Origin: a virus
Virus record (IMG/VR): IMGVR_UViG_3300042519_001902
Coordinates: 4,585 to 68,584 of that record
Reading direction: 5' to 3' (one strand)
Length of the DNA: 64,000 nucleotides
Shown here: piece after piece, positions 37,334 through 47,291 of the stretch
Numbering within the stretch: the stretch's first letter is position 1
How the letters are laid out: the number at the start of each line of letters is the position of its first letter
The notes under the pieces: model-generated
Database searches by the model: none
What the model saw: only the letters and a program-made list of their open reading frames with translations
What the model was told of the DNA's origin: nothing
Translations under genes and position numbers: made by a program

Positions 37334-39630
37334 AAAAGTTTGGCACGACCAACCAGGCTATCCGCGAGCTCTTCACGGCTGAGGCGGGCGATTCAAAGCA
37401 TGCGTTGCGCAAGAAGTGGGAAGACCGCATCCAGGGCCGCATCCAAGAGGGGGCGATCTGGGGTCTGAAGAACCACCAGTTCTTCCAAGCCGCCGATCTG
37501 GCGTGGGACAGCAACCTTATCACCAAGGAGCTCGTCCCGCTCAGCCTCTACGCCCAGGGCAAGATCACTTTCAAAAACCTTGAGGAGAGCCTCAAAGACA
37601 TCTCGCCGGAGATGAGCGCCAAGTTCGTGAAGAAGGACTCAGCGGGGAAGGGGGTCGGCATCGATCTCCCGGCGTTCCACAAGGTCGTCGTTAACTTGGT
37701 CCGCTCGCTGATCACGAAGCGCACGGCGTCGCTCGTCATCCGCTACGAGAAGCAGTTCCCTCTTTTTAAGTACGAGCCCCTCGGCACCAGCTACGTCGCC
37801 CGCCTTCGCGGCGATGTGCTCTCGCAGCGCGTCGAGATGATGACAAACCAGTACGGTTACCGTCACGACCTTGAGCAGGCCGTGCGCGACATGTTGCTCT
37901 ACAGTTTCTCGCTGGAGTTCCCGCGCAGTGCCTGGGACCGCGAGCGCGCCGTTCGCAAAAAAGTCCGCGCCGAGGGTTTCGATTCCTCCACGGAATCCGA
38001 TTTTGAAGTCGAGACGTACATCGCACGCGAAGGGCTGACGTTTAAGCGCCCGCACCCCACGCGCATTTTCTACGACATGGCATTCCCGCTGTCGTCCATC
38101 AACACGGACACGGGCGTCACCTTCCTCGGTCACTGGAATGTCATCCCGTACCGCGACGTCACGCACAACAAACTCTACTTCAACAATTCCAAAGTCGGTT
38201 TCGATACCTCGTTCGCTTCGCGACTGGTGGGCTACCGGAACTACTGGGCACTGTACTTCTCTAACTCGGCGATCAACTTCCCGAACGGCACCTCGCCCGA
38301 CGTGGTGGGGCTGAACGAACGCGAGAAGGTCACCGGCTACTATTCGACGGAGGACGACGACCGCACGATCATGTTGACCGAGTACTTCGAGCGCGTGATC
38401 CCCCGCGATGTCGGCCTCGGCGATTACCCGTTCCCCGTCTGGGTACGCCTAGCGGTCGCCGCCGACCGCACCGTGGTCTTCGGCGAGATTATGCCGTGTG
38501 CGCCCGCGACCTACTGGGCCTACAACTGCTCCGATTCTAAGGTGCTCAACAACGCCTACGCTCACGACGTGATGCCGTGGCAGGACCAGATGAGCAATAT
38601 GTTCACCAACCTCCTGTTCGCGCAGAAGGCAGGCCTGATCAAGGTCATGTCGATGGATCTGGATCTCATCAACGATCCCGAGTTGGTGAAACAGATCCGC
38701 GAAATTGCCAGCGGCGAGTCGATCTACACCAAGCCCCTGCTCATTGAGTACAAGGGCGTGCAAGCCGCCGAGATGGGGCTCGATCCCCGCCGGGTTATCT
38801 CGATCAACGAGACCACCGCCCTCGCCGACCCGACGCTCTACTTCCGCTCGATCCTCCAGGTGCTGTCTCTCGCTGAGCGCATGCTCGGCACCAGCGCCAA
38901 TGAGTCGGCCCAGTCGGAGCCCCGCGAAATTTCCGCCACCGAATCCAGCACCATCGCTCAGTCGGTTAACACCGGCATCGGCTTCATGTCTGCCGGCATC
39001 GATGAGGCGATTTCCGCCAAGAAGCGCCAGGTCTACGAAGCTCTCATCGCCTGCGGCCACAGCCGCATCGTCGTCCCGGTCGCCAACCGCTACACCAATT
39101 CCACGATCAAGGCCGCTGGGTTTGAGCCCATGACCGAGGAGCAGGAAGGCGAGGGGATGAGTGAGAACTATTCAGCCACGGTGCCCCGTCGGGTTACTGT
39201 GATGGGCGAGAAGCAGGCGCTGATGTTCGACTACAATTTCTCCGCCCGCGACGGCAGCGAACGCCCGACCGATCCAAAAGCCGCTGAGGTTTTGGTCCGA
39301 CTGCTCCAGCCGTTGGTGCAGATGCCTGGCTTGGTTCAGGCCATGGGCAAGACGGGCATGTACGACTTCATGAACTCCATCATCCGTCTGTCGGGTGCGG
39401 GAGTTGACGTAAAATTTGAAACTCAGGACGGGGAAGGGGACGATATGCCTTCCGGCGATGCCGTGACCGACAACAAAGCCGAGCTTGAGCAGACCATCTC
39501 GAAGCTCATCGGAGCCATCGAGCAGGACCGCGCCGAGATCGCTGCCATCAAGCAGGCCATGGGCATGCAAGAGGCCGCGCCCCAACCGTCGGCTCCTCCG
39601 CAGGAAGCGCCGCCGCCGCCGCCGCCCTGA
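37309..39630 (+). CDS. Portal protein
   Basis: Size and position after terL; SATE motif; Pro/Gln-rich tail typical of podovirus portals. Confidence 0.8.
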   Translation: MLIDFDVLKKFGTTNQAIRELFTAEAGDSKHALRKKWEDRIQGRIQEGAIWGLKNHQFFQAADLAWDSNLITKELVPLSLYAQGKITFKNLEESLKDISPEMSAKFVKKDSAGKGVGIDLPAFHKVVVNLVRSLITKRTASLVIRYEKQFPLFKYEPLGTSYVARLRGDVLSQRVEMMTNQYGYRHDLEQAVRDMLLYSFSLEFPRSAWDRERAVRKKVRAEGFDSSTESDFEVETYIAREGLTFKRPHPTRIFYDMAFPLSSINTDTGVTFLGHWNVIPYRDVTHNKLYFNNSKVGFDTSFASRLVGYRNYWALYFSNSAINFPNGTSPDVVGLNEREKVTGYYSTEDDDRTIMLTEYFERVIPRDVGLGDYPFPVWVRLAVAADRTVVFGEIMPCAPATYWAYNCSDSKVLNNAYAHDVMPWQDQMSNMFTNLLFAQKAGLIKVMSMDLDLINDPELVKQIREIASGESIYTKPLLIEYKGVQAAEMGLDPRRVISINETTALADPTLYFRSILQVLSLAERMLGTSANESAQSEPREISATESSTIAQSVNTGIGFMSAGIDEAISAKKRQVYEALIACGHSRIVVPVANRYTNSTIKAAGFEPMTEEQEGEGMSENYSATVPRRVTVMGEKQALMFDYNFSARDGSERPTDPKAAEVLVRLLQPLVQMPGLVQAMGKTGMYDFMNSIIRLSGAGVDVKFETQDGEGDDMPSGDAVTDNKAELEQTISKLIGAIEQDRAEIAAIKQAMGMQEAAPQPSAPPQEAPPPPPP

Positions 39631-39639
39631 TAGCACTCT

Positions 39640-41004
39640 ATGTCTGAAACCACTACCACACCCGCTGCGGAAATCACACCTCCAGCAGCCGAACCACAAG
39701 TCCCAGCAACACCTCCGCCGCCTCCGCCACCAGCGGAAGACAACAATCTGCTGAACACCATCCTCGGTCTCATCAAGCCCGAGGACAAAAAGGTGACGGT
39801 CGATCCGGTTGTTAAAAAGGAAGAGGCTCCCGCCGTCGCCAAGCCAGCCGCTCCCGAAACTCCCCCGAAGAAAATCGGAGTGAAGAAAAAGGAAGCCGCT
39901 CCCACTCCTGCTCCCGTCTCCGACGACAAGCTCGACGAAGCGGTGCGACGTGCGATGGTGAGCCACCAGGCCCAGACGCCGCCGCCCGCTGCCAAGGCAC
40001 CTGATCCTGAGCCTGCCCTGCCGGACGACATCACCGCCGACGAGCGAGATGAACTCGATCTCTACAAGTTCGCCGAGTCGAAAGACCCCGCGAAAAAAGG
40101 GCTCCACGCCAAAGCCCTGAAGTTTGTCGCTGATAATAAAAAGTTCCTGGAGAAACGACTGGAGGAGGAGGGCGACGACTACGATCCCGCCAAAGATCCT
40201 CAGTACAAAAAGTTTCTCGATGCCAACGAACCGAAGCTATCTCAGACCGAGAAGCGTCGGTTCATGATCCAGCGGGAGACCGCCGGACTCAAAGAGGAAG
40301 CGTACGAGAGAGCCCGCAGCGAACTCATGCCCGAGATCGAAGCGACGAAAAAGAAGCTCCTCGAGATCGAGGAGAACCCGAAGATCCACTCGCGGCTCAG
40401 TTCGTACAGCGATGAACTCGCGTCGGTCATGCCCGAAGAGGTCGTCACCTACTGGAAACAGAACAACAAGGACTTCGCCAAGATGAAGGCGCAGTTCCCG
40501 ATTGAACACGACGCGGTCGTCGCCTCGGTCAGCGGGGCGATCAAAGTTGCCCAGGAATTTCTGAAGATGAGATCGGGTCTCACTGACTTCAAGCAGAGCA
40601 GCCCCGAGCACGACTACATGCTCAAGTTCGTCGACAGCCAGGCCAAGGTCTTCGACTCTCGTGGCGGCGACGCTCGCGTGCGCGACGGCAAACAGTTCGC
40701 CCACCCCTACCAGATGAAGCCCGGGATGGAGCGGACCCACTGGACCTTCGACAACGAGGACATCCTCGGGATGCTGAAATACCAAGCGGCCCGAGAGGCA
40801 AATGCTCGCATCAAAGCGGAATATGGCCGCATCGATCAGGCGAACGATGCCCGTAAACGGCGCTCGTCGACACAGAAAGGTGCAGAACCTGCTGAATCTA
40901 TCTCTCCCTCGATCAGCTCGGCGTCTTCACCCGGTGCCTCTCAGGCTTCCGGCGGTGGCGAAAACGGCTTGCTGGCCTCGATCCTCGGCTTCGGCACCAA
41001 ATAG
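39640..41004 (+). CDS. Capsid scaffolding protein
   Basis: Pro/Glu-rich N-terminus; helical; between portal and capsid genes. Confidence 0.65.
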   Translation: MSETTTTPAAEITPPAAEPQVPATPPPPPPPAEDNNLLNTILGLIKPEDKKVTVDPVVKKEEAPAVAKPAAPETPPKKIGVKKKEAAPTPAPVSDDKLDEAVRRAMVSHQAQTPPPAAKAPDPEPALPDDITADERDELDLYKFAESKDPAKKGLHAKALKFVADNKKFLEKRLEEEGDDYDPAKDPQYKKFLDANEPKLSQTEKRRFMIQRETAGLKEEAYERARSELMPEIEATKKKLLEIEENPKIHSRLSSYSDELASVMPEEVVTYWKQNNKDFAKMKAQFPIEHDAVVASVSGAIKVAQEFLKMRSGLTDFKQSSPEHDYMLKFVDSQAKVFDSRGGDARVRDGKQFAHPYQMKPGMERTHWTFDNEDILGMLKYQAAREANARIKAEYGRIDQANDARKRRSSTQKGAEPAESISPSISSASSPGASQASGGGENGLLASILGFGTK

Positions 41005-41034
41005 TACCAAAGAGAAATCTTCCTAGAAAACACT

Positions 41035-41071
41035 AAGCCCTGCCCAGTAATTATTTGGGTAGGGCTTTTTC
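41035..41071 (+). terminator. Rho-independent terminator-like hairpin
   Basis: AAGCCCTGCCCAG-TAATTA-TTTGGGTAGGGCTTTTT. Confidence 0.75.
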
Positions 41072-41110
41072 GTGTTAGTATGCGTTGTTAAAAACTAACA
41101 ACAACATACT

Positions 41111-42808
41111 ATGGCACTCACCGACAAAGTTCGTATCGTCAGCATTCCTGACTCCTGCGGCGGCACCCTCACGGCTGCTTCCATCACCGGCCTCACTCCC
41201 GCCGTCCTCGCGGGCTACTCCAAGATCGAGCACGACAAAGCCCGCGTCATCGCGGAAGCCGTCGAAGCCCGCACGATTGGCGTGGTTCCCAAGACCCTGA
41301 ACGACCTCCTCTTCTCGCGTATCACCGAGATCGACAAGGCCGCGCTCAACAAACGCAGCATTTCCGGTCAATCGCTGATCCTCCCGTTCAGCTACCGTAA
41401 CCGCCGCACCAACCTCGGCCACGAGTACTTCAACATCTCCGCTGGTGTCGCCACCACGGGTGCGGGTACCGGGACCATCCCAGCTTCGGCTTGGGACGTG
41501 ACCGTCAACGTCGGTGCTTCGCCCCGCGCTTCGGCCCTCACGGACCTCCACCGCTACTTCCTCCCCGGCGAGTACGTCTACGTCGAGAACGTGAAGAGCT
41601 CCGGTGTTGCTGGAGTCGACCGCGACAAGCGCGTCACGGCTTTCAAGATCATTGCCGCTTCCACCGTCGGTGGCGTGTGCAAGGTCACCCTCGCCGCCAA
41701 CCGTACCGCCGCCTGGTGGGCTGCCTCTACCTCGCCCGAAAAAGCGATCTACCAACCGACCTTCGGCGTAGTGCATATCGGCACCAACAGCATCGGCGAC
41801 CACGAGTCCTGGTGCTACAATCAACCGAGCGACTTCAGCCGCTCGATGATCATCGACTGGCACCAGACCAGCCGGTACACGCAGTGCTACAACGACGAAT
41901 ACGAGCGTATTCTCGGTGAACTGCTCTCCGGCAACGTCAACGAAGTCGAGAAGAACTACAACTGGCTCTCGATGAAAGAGCAGAACGCCCGTCAACGTAA
42001 AGTGTACGAGGACAAGTGGGCGAAGGATCTCTTCTTCGGCGATGTGATCGACGAGAAGCAGCAGAACCCCGAGCTCTACGCCCAACTTCCGCCCGTCGTC
42101 GACCCAGAAGACGGCACGGTCTACGGCTACAAAGCCCGCGCCCTCGGTCTTCGCACGCTCCTCGCCAACGAGTCCCGCGTCGTCGACAACCACGGCGGTC
42201 CTCTCGACCTCGACATGCTCTTCTCGCTTTCGTACGAGGTCATGCGTAACCGCAAGGCCACGGGCGACAGCGTCGACGTGATCGACTGGATGACGGACAA
42301 AGACACCGCCCAGCTCCTCAACATCGCCTTCATGGACTTCTTGAAAAAGAACTATGGAGTGTCGACGACCCAGTACGTGGAACAGGGTAAGGTTCTCGAC
42401 GGCATCAAAGTCGCCTATCGCTACAATCGCTACACCTTCCCCGGTGTCGGTTTCGATATCGCGGTCTTCGTCGAAGAGTTCTTCTCCGACCGCGTCCTTG
42501 CGTTCGCCAACGGTGCCAACAGCAGCGTGGACTTCCGCGCTTCTGGCCGCTCCATCTGGCTGATCGACTGGTCTGACTTCAACATCGGCGTCGTCGCCAC
42601 GGCCTCGGCCAAGCGCGAGTACAAGGGCAAAGTCACCGCTGAAGCGAACTCGCTGTTTAGCTGCGTGATCGCTCTCAACACCAAGCACTACGATCTGCGT
42701 TCTACGACCTGGAGCACCCAGCTCGGCGATGCGGCCCGTCACTTGGTCATCGAAAACTTCAGCCTGGCTCGTCCGACGATCACGCTGAACCCGGCGGCTC
42801 CGGTCTAA
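41111..42808 (+). CDS. Major capsid protein
   Basis: Position after scaffold; strongly biased codons; LFFG...GLR motif. Confidence 0.75.
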   Translation: MALTDKVRIVSIPDSCGGTLTAASITGLTPAVLAGYSKIEHDKARVIAEAVEARTIGVVPKTLNDLLFSRITEIDKAALNKRSISGQSLILPFSYRNRRTNLGHEYFNISAGVATTGAGTGTIPASAWDVTVNVGASPRASALTDLHRYFLPGEYVYVENVKSSGVAGVDRDKRVTAFKIIAASTVGGVCKVTLAANRTAAWWAASTSPEKAIYQPTFGVVHIGTNSIGDHESWCYNQPSDFSRSMIIDWHQTSRYTQCYNDEYERILGELLSGNVNEVEKNYNWLSMKEQNARQRKVYEDKWAKDLFFGDVIDEKQQNPELYAQLPPVVDPEDGTVYGYKARALGLRTLLANESRVVDNHGGPLDLDMLFSLSYEVMRNRKATGDSVDVIDWMTDKDTAQLLNIAFMDFLKKNYGVSTTQYVEQGKVLDGIKVAYRYNRYTFPGVGFDIAVFVEEFFSDRVLAFANGANSSVDFRASGRSIWLIDWSDFNIGVVATASAKREYKGKVTAEANSLFSCVIALNTKHYDLRSTTWSTQLGDAARHLVIENFSLARPTITLNPAAPV

Positions 42809-42812
42809 CCAG

Positions 42813-43058
42813 TTGATTACCTACCGAGGCGAGACCTTCTCCGGTTATAACATTCCCAAGCTAACACCGGGCGGATCTAAAAAATCCGCCGTGTTGGCGA
42901 AGGAAGCCGGAGAGGTCCGCCTTGTTCGTTTTGGCGATCCGTTGATGACGATCAAAAAGCACATCCCGGCTCGTCGTAAAAGTTTCCGTGCCCGCCATCA
43001 CTGCGAATCTCCAGGCTCTAAACTTAGTGCCCGGTATTGGTCGTGCAAAGCGTGGTAA
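42813..43058 (+). CDS. Small basic conserved phage protein
   Basis: LVRFGD..M.IKK..PARRKSFRARH.C....SARYWSCK.W; TTG start. Confidence 0.75.
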   Translation: MITYRGETFSGYNIPKLTPGGSKKSAVLAKEAGEVRLVRFGDPLMTIKKHIPARRKSFRARHHCESPGSKLSARYWSCKAW

Positions 43059-43082
43059 GGAGAACGTGTGGTTTATGTGGGA

Positions 43083-43123
43083 TTGGCCTCGCTGCTTTAA
43101 CGGCGGCGGGGCCAATTTTCTTT
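43083..43123 (+). terminator. Rho-independent terminator
   Basis: TTGGCCTCGCTGC...GCGGCGGGGCCAA-TTTTCTTT. Confidence 0.75.
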
Positions 43124-43159
43124 GACACGTTTTAAATAACCAATCACACCCAGTAACAA

Positions 43160-43540
43160 ATGACGAAGTTCTATTTCACTGAGAACACCGCCGTGGCGTT
43201 GCTGCACGCGGGGAAGAAATTTGAATTTGAACCGTTCGCATTTTACAACGCCACGAACAGTTGGTGGGGCATTCTGAAGACGGACGTGGCGGCGGATATC
43301 GCGGCGCTAGACGAGCTCGCGGCCAAGGGCCGGATCGCTGCAATCACCGAGGAGGACTACCTCCGGTACCAGCAAAAAAAAAAGAACGTGAGCGACTTGA
43401 TTACCTCGATTCAGTTGAAGTCGCCGCTCGATCCCGAGCAGCCCAGCCCCGTGGCTGCCGAACCTGCGGTAGTCCCCGCACCTAAGAAGGCTACCTCTTC
43501 TGTGGAAGAAGTACTCACCCCTCGGCGCACCCGCAAATGA
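43160..43540 (+). CDS. Hypothetical virion-associated protein with candidate -1 frameshift
   Basis: A10 tract containing in-frame A_AAA_AAG at 43378-43384. Confidence 0.7.
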   Translation: MTKFYFTENTAVALLHAGKKFEFEPFAFYNATNSWWGILKTDVAADIAALDELAAKGRIAAITEEDYLRYQQKKKNVSDLITSIQLKSPLDPEQPSPVAAEPAVVPAPKKATSSVEEVLTPRRTRK

Positions 43541-44184
43541 CCTGGCTTGAATTTAATACCACCGTCCGAGTCCACCTGGTCTCGCACAACCGTCGGCAGG
43601 GTATCCAGCCCCTCATCGATATGTTGATTAAGGCTGCGGTCTGGGACTTGCAGGCATCGATCCCGTTCTACGCGTCGATGACCCGGCGTTCCATTGCCGG
43701 AACGAGCCTAAAAAACAACGGATTCTACGCTTCGGGTACCCTCCCTGCCGGATCCAAAATCAGCGACGTCTACGTGCAGGACGTGACCGACGGCACCCTC
43801 CGGGCGCGCTTCAACATCATCACGGACAAAGCCGAATTTGAGCGCATGCAGACCGGAGAGGCGGGCGCACTCACCCACTTTTTTTACTACGTCCCGACCA
43901 CGGGGGTCTTCTTCATTTCGCCCAACCCCGTGCTGAACGGCTCGATCCTGAAGATCGAGTACGCCAACAAGAAACTCGACTACGAGAACGACGACGACGT
44001 CCTGTTCGACGAAAAGGCCGCAGAAGCGGTCTCGAGTTACGTCAATGCGCGGCTCTCGGCTCAGGTCGACCGCGACCCCGGCGTGGCCGGGATGCACCAG
44101 AACCTGTACGTGGCGAACAAGCGGAGGCTCTACAGCGAGCTGAATGACGCGCTCCTCGTGCCAAAACAGGACAAACTTACTTGA
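43537..44184 (+). CDS. Putative head-tail adaptor / tail tubular protein A
   Basis: Size and position; F.I.P.P.....L.IEY pattern. Confidence 0.55.
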   Translation: MTWLEFNTTVRVHLVSHNRRQGIQPLIDMLIKAAVWDLQASIPFYASMTRRSIAGTSLKNNGFYASGTLPAGSKISDVYVQDVTDGTLRARFNIITDKAEFERMQTGEAGALTHFFYYVPTTGVFFISPNPVLNGSILKIEYANKKLDYENDDDVLFDEKAAEAVSSYVNARLSAQVDRDPGVAGMHQNLYVANKRRLYSELNDALLVPKQDKLT

Positions 44185-44217
44185 CCGCAGGTGTTATCCG
44201 ATAATAAAAGGTAACAA

Positions 44218-44586
44218 GTGGCTTTCTCATTTAAATTCACTCAGGGAGACACCGCTTCGATCCGCCTAAACGTGACCGAGGATGCCTCGCCGTTCGCCGC
44301 GTACAACCTCACCGGCGGCAAACTTTACTTCACCCTCAAGGAGACCAACGACCAGAGCGACGAGGTCGCGCTGATCAAGAAGGATAGCGCCACGGGCGGT
44401 ATCACTTTCTCCAACGCTCTCACCGGAGAAGCGGTGTTGTACCTGACGGCTGCGGACACCTCGGCGTGTCCCACCGGAATCCCTCTCATCGGCGACGTTC
44501 AACTAAAAACATCGACGGGAGAAATCTTCACGGTCGCTAGCGGGAAAATCACTTTCCGCGAGCAGACTACTCGCAGGACTTCGTAA
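44218..44586 (+). CDS. BppU-like beta-sandwich virion protein
   Basis: QGDT, NLTG...FT.K, G...L.LTAADT, DVQL. Confidence 0.65.
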   Translation: MAFSFKFTQGDTASIRLNVTEDASPFAAYNLTGGKLYFTLKETNDQSDEVALIKKDSATGGITFSNALTGEAVLYLTAADTSACPTGIPLIGDVQLKTSTGEIFTVASGKITFREQTTRRTS

Positions 44587-44598
44587 CCAAACAAACAT

Positions 44599-45000
44599 AT
44601 GGCCGGCTCAAAATCTGATTATCTCGAAAACAAAATGCTCGACCTCGTGTTGGGCAACCAGGCGTACACCCCGCCTGCCTCGCTGTACTTCGGTCTCTAC
44701 ACCGCGAATCCTAGTGATTCCGGTGGCGGTACCGAGGTATCTGGCAACGCCTACGCTCGCGTGGCTATCGTCAATGACTTGACGAACTTCCCCTCGGCCT
44801 CCGGCGGATCGAAGCAAAACGCTGCGTCCGTCACTTGGCCCACGGCAACTGCCGGCTGGGGCGTCGTCACGGCAGTGGGCATCCATGATGCCGCGACCGG
44901 GGGCAATCTCCTGTACTGGACGACCATCTCGTCCAAGACGATTGATTCCAACGACACCGTCTCGATTCCCGTTAATAACCTGACGATCACGGAAGACTAA
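44599..45000 (+). CDS. Tail/fiber-associated protein
   Basis: SDYLEN..LD..Y.GLYTA.P.D.GGGTEVSG..YAR..WG..GI.DA.TGGNLL. Confidence 0.8.
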   Translation: MAGSKSDYLENKMLDLVLGNQAYTPPASLYFGLYTANPSDSGGGTEVSGNAYARVAIVNDLTNFPSASGGSKQNAASVTWPTATAGWGVVTAVGIHDAATGGNLLYWTTISSKTIDSNDTVSIPVNNLTITED

Positions 45001-45021
45001 TCGCGGGTCTGTACATCCGCG

Positions 45022-47289
45022 ATGAGGGCTTCCTTGGAGGTTACGAAGCGTCCCACGGCGGTCGTGACCCTTTTGTCACGACCCGCTGCGGCGGTTGCGC
45101 GTGCTATCGCCCCCGCGATGGGCGTGATGCTGCGTCTCGTTGCCCCGATCAGCGCATTGCTCCGCATCTTCCTCGACACCTTTCCCGCTGCGGCAGGAGG
45201 CGTGTCCACGGTCGCGGTCATCGCCGCCGGATTCAAGCGGGTCGTCGGGCTGATGATCAGGGGCGACAACACGGTCATGGTCATCAAGTTTCCCGCCTGG
45301 GCCGACGTGGTGAACCTGTTCACCTACGGCATATCGCGACCCACTGCTTTGATGGCGGCACAGCGACGCCTGACCCCGACCTCGTCTGGGGCAGCGATGG
45401 TCGTCATCAGTTCGCTGGCGTGCTTCGCGGCCATCGTCGATGCGAACGCGTCAGGCGCGTCCTACCCGTATGCGGTCACCGCTGCTGAGGCCAAAATTCA
45501 GCCGGCTTCTGTCTCGGGTGCTTGCTTCAACACCGCAGGAACGGCGGTCGATGCGAAGCTAAACACCTCCGTCTGCCTGTGCTCGGCCACGGTCACGGTC
45601 GACACCGCCTCGCTGCTTAGAACGAGCCCTCAGTCCACCGGCACTTCGACGGCGGATGCCGTGACCGCTGCTCAGGTTCCGTTGAGTTCCGCCGCGCCGG
45701 ACGGATCGGCAGTAGTGACCTGCACCACGGCGGCGCAGGCCCGCATCAATGCGACGGAGAGTTCCGGTGTCGCGACCGTGACCACGCACACGGCAGTAGC
45801 TGCCGCCATCCCCGCTTCGATTTCCGGTTCGGCTGCTGTCCTGGCGGATACCGCTTCAGTGGCTCGCCTGACCCCCTCCGCAGACGGCGCGGCGAGCGTC
45901 CTAGCCGACACCGCTGCGCAAACCGGGATCAACCCGACCCAGTCCGACGGTTCGTCGACAGTTTACGCGGACCTCTTTACCTTTGCCCGAGTCTCCCCGA
46001 CCGCTGAGGGCGGCTCCACGGTCAGCGCGACGACGGCGGTTGCCGCGATTATCAGCCCGGTGATCACCGGCACTTCGACCACCTACGCCGACCTGTCGAC
46101 GCTGGCTCGGGTGTCCCCGACGGTGACGGGCGGAGCGGCGCTAAACGCTACAACCGCAATTGCGGCCTCGATCAGTGTCGCGTCTGACGGATCGGCCACT
46201 TTCATCTCTGATAGTGCTGCCGAGGCCAACGCGTCCGGCTCAGCAAGCGGTCTCTCCTCGGTCTCCGCCACCACGGCTGTCGCAGCTGGGATCGATCTGG
46301 CTCCCTCCGACGGTGTCGCGACGACCTTCTCGGAGTTGTCCACGTTTACCCGAGCCACCGGATCTTCTGCCGGGGTGGCTACGATTACGGCGGAGCTGGC
46401 GACCTCCGTCCCGCTGGTGGTTTCTTCGGACGGGACCAGCACGACTTTCTCTGAGACGGCATCGACCTGTCGGATCAGCCCCGTAGTTGATGGGCTGCTC
46501 TCGATTTCGGCAACGACCGCGTCGGTGTGCGCAATCGCGCCTAGCTCGTCGGGCGCTGCGACGGTCCTGGCTGACACAGCATCTTCCTTGGCAGTCAGTG
46601 CCGTGGTATCGAGTGCGGCTGAGGTGGCGACATCGATCAGCGCGGATGCCCCGGTCATCGCGGTCGTCGACGGCGCGGCTACGGCAAGCGCATCGATCTC
46701 GGCGCTCGCATCCATCAACTCGGTATCGGCGGATGGAAGCGGCGCGGCGTCCGTTGCCGATTTAATCGCTCAGCGCCGTCTCGGCTCCGGTACTTTCTCG
46801 GGCTCCTCGGAGGTGTTGGTTACTGCCAGCGCGCTGAATCAGCTCACCGCGTTGGCCGACGGGACGTCGTCCGTCGCAGCGACCACGACGGTACTGAACC
46901 AGATCGTGGCCTCGTCCTCTGGCGCGGCTTCCGTGTCCGTAACCCTTTCGTACTTCTACGCCCTCTCGCCGAGCGTTACGGGATCATCCTCGCCGTACAT
47001 AATCGCCGCGAAGTCTGCGGGGATTAACTCCGCAACGATTGCTAATTCCAGCTCGGTCGTCGGTTCCGCCGCCTGCACTCTTGGCCTCACGGGTAACCTC
47101 GTCTACTGCGCCGGTATCGCCTCGGGCTTCACGGTCTGGACCTCCGCGCAGGTCGCTCCTTTCACCATTCAAGACTCATCCACGACCGCAGTGGGCAGTA
47201 CGACCATCCGTTTCGGTCTGAAAGCCTCCGACGGCCAGGGCTGGGCCACCACCAACGGATCTTCGTGGGTCACTAATTTGAACGCATAA
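45022..47289 (+). CDS. Ala/Ser/Thr-rich repetitive fiber-like protein
   Basis: Degenerate repeats of about 22-23 aa (S.G.S.V.A.T). Confidence 0.7.
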   Translation: MRASLEVTKRPTAVVTLLSRPAAAVARAIAPAMGVMLRLVAPISALLRIFLDTFPAAAGGVSTVAVIAAGFKRVVGLMIRGDNTVMVIKFPAWADVVNLFTYGISRPTALMAAQRRLTPTSSGAAMVVISSLACFAAIVDANASGASYPYAVTAAEAKIQPASVSGACFNTAGTAVDAKLNTSVCLCSATVTVDTASLLRTSPQSTGTSTADAVTAAQVPLSSAAPDGSAVVTCTTAAQARINATESSGVATVTTHTAVAAAIPASISGSAAVLADTASVARLTPSADGAASVLADTAAQTGINPTQSDGSSTVYADLFTFARVSPTAEGGSTVSATTAVAAIISPVITGTSTTYADLSTLARVSPTVTGGAALNATTAIAASISVASDGSATFISDSAAEANASGSASGLSSVSATTAVAAGIDLAPSDGVATTFSELSTFTRATGSSAGVATITAELATSVPLVVSSDGTSTTFSETASTCRISPVVDGLLSISATTASVCAIAPSSSGAATVLADTASSLAVSAVVSSAAEVATSISADAPVIAVVDGAATASASISALASINSVSADGSGAASVADLIAQRRLGSGTFSGSSEVLVTASALNQLTALADGTSSVAATTTVLNQIVASSSGAASVSVTLSYFYALSPSVTGSSSPYIIAAKSAGINSATIANSSSVVGSAACTLGLTGNLVYCAGIASGFTVWTSAQVAPFTIQDSSTTAVGSTTIRFGLKASDGQGWATTNGSSWVTNLNA

Positions 47290-47291
47290 CC

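Noticed and set aside
41075-42742. Long antisense ORFs (also 53962-55614, 28438-29466, 30540-31475)
   Set aside because: Shadows of GC-biased codon usage in real genes on the opposite strand
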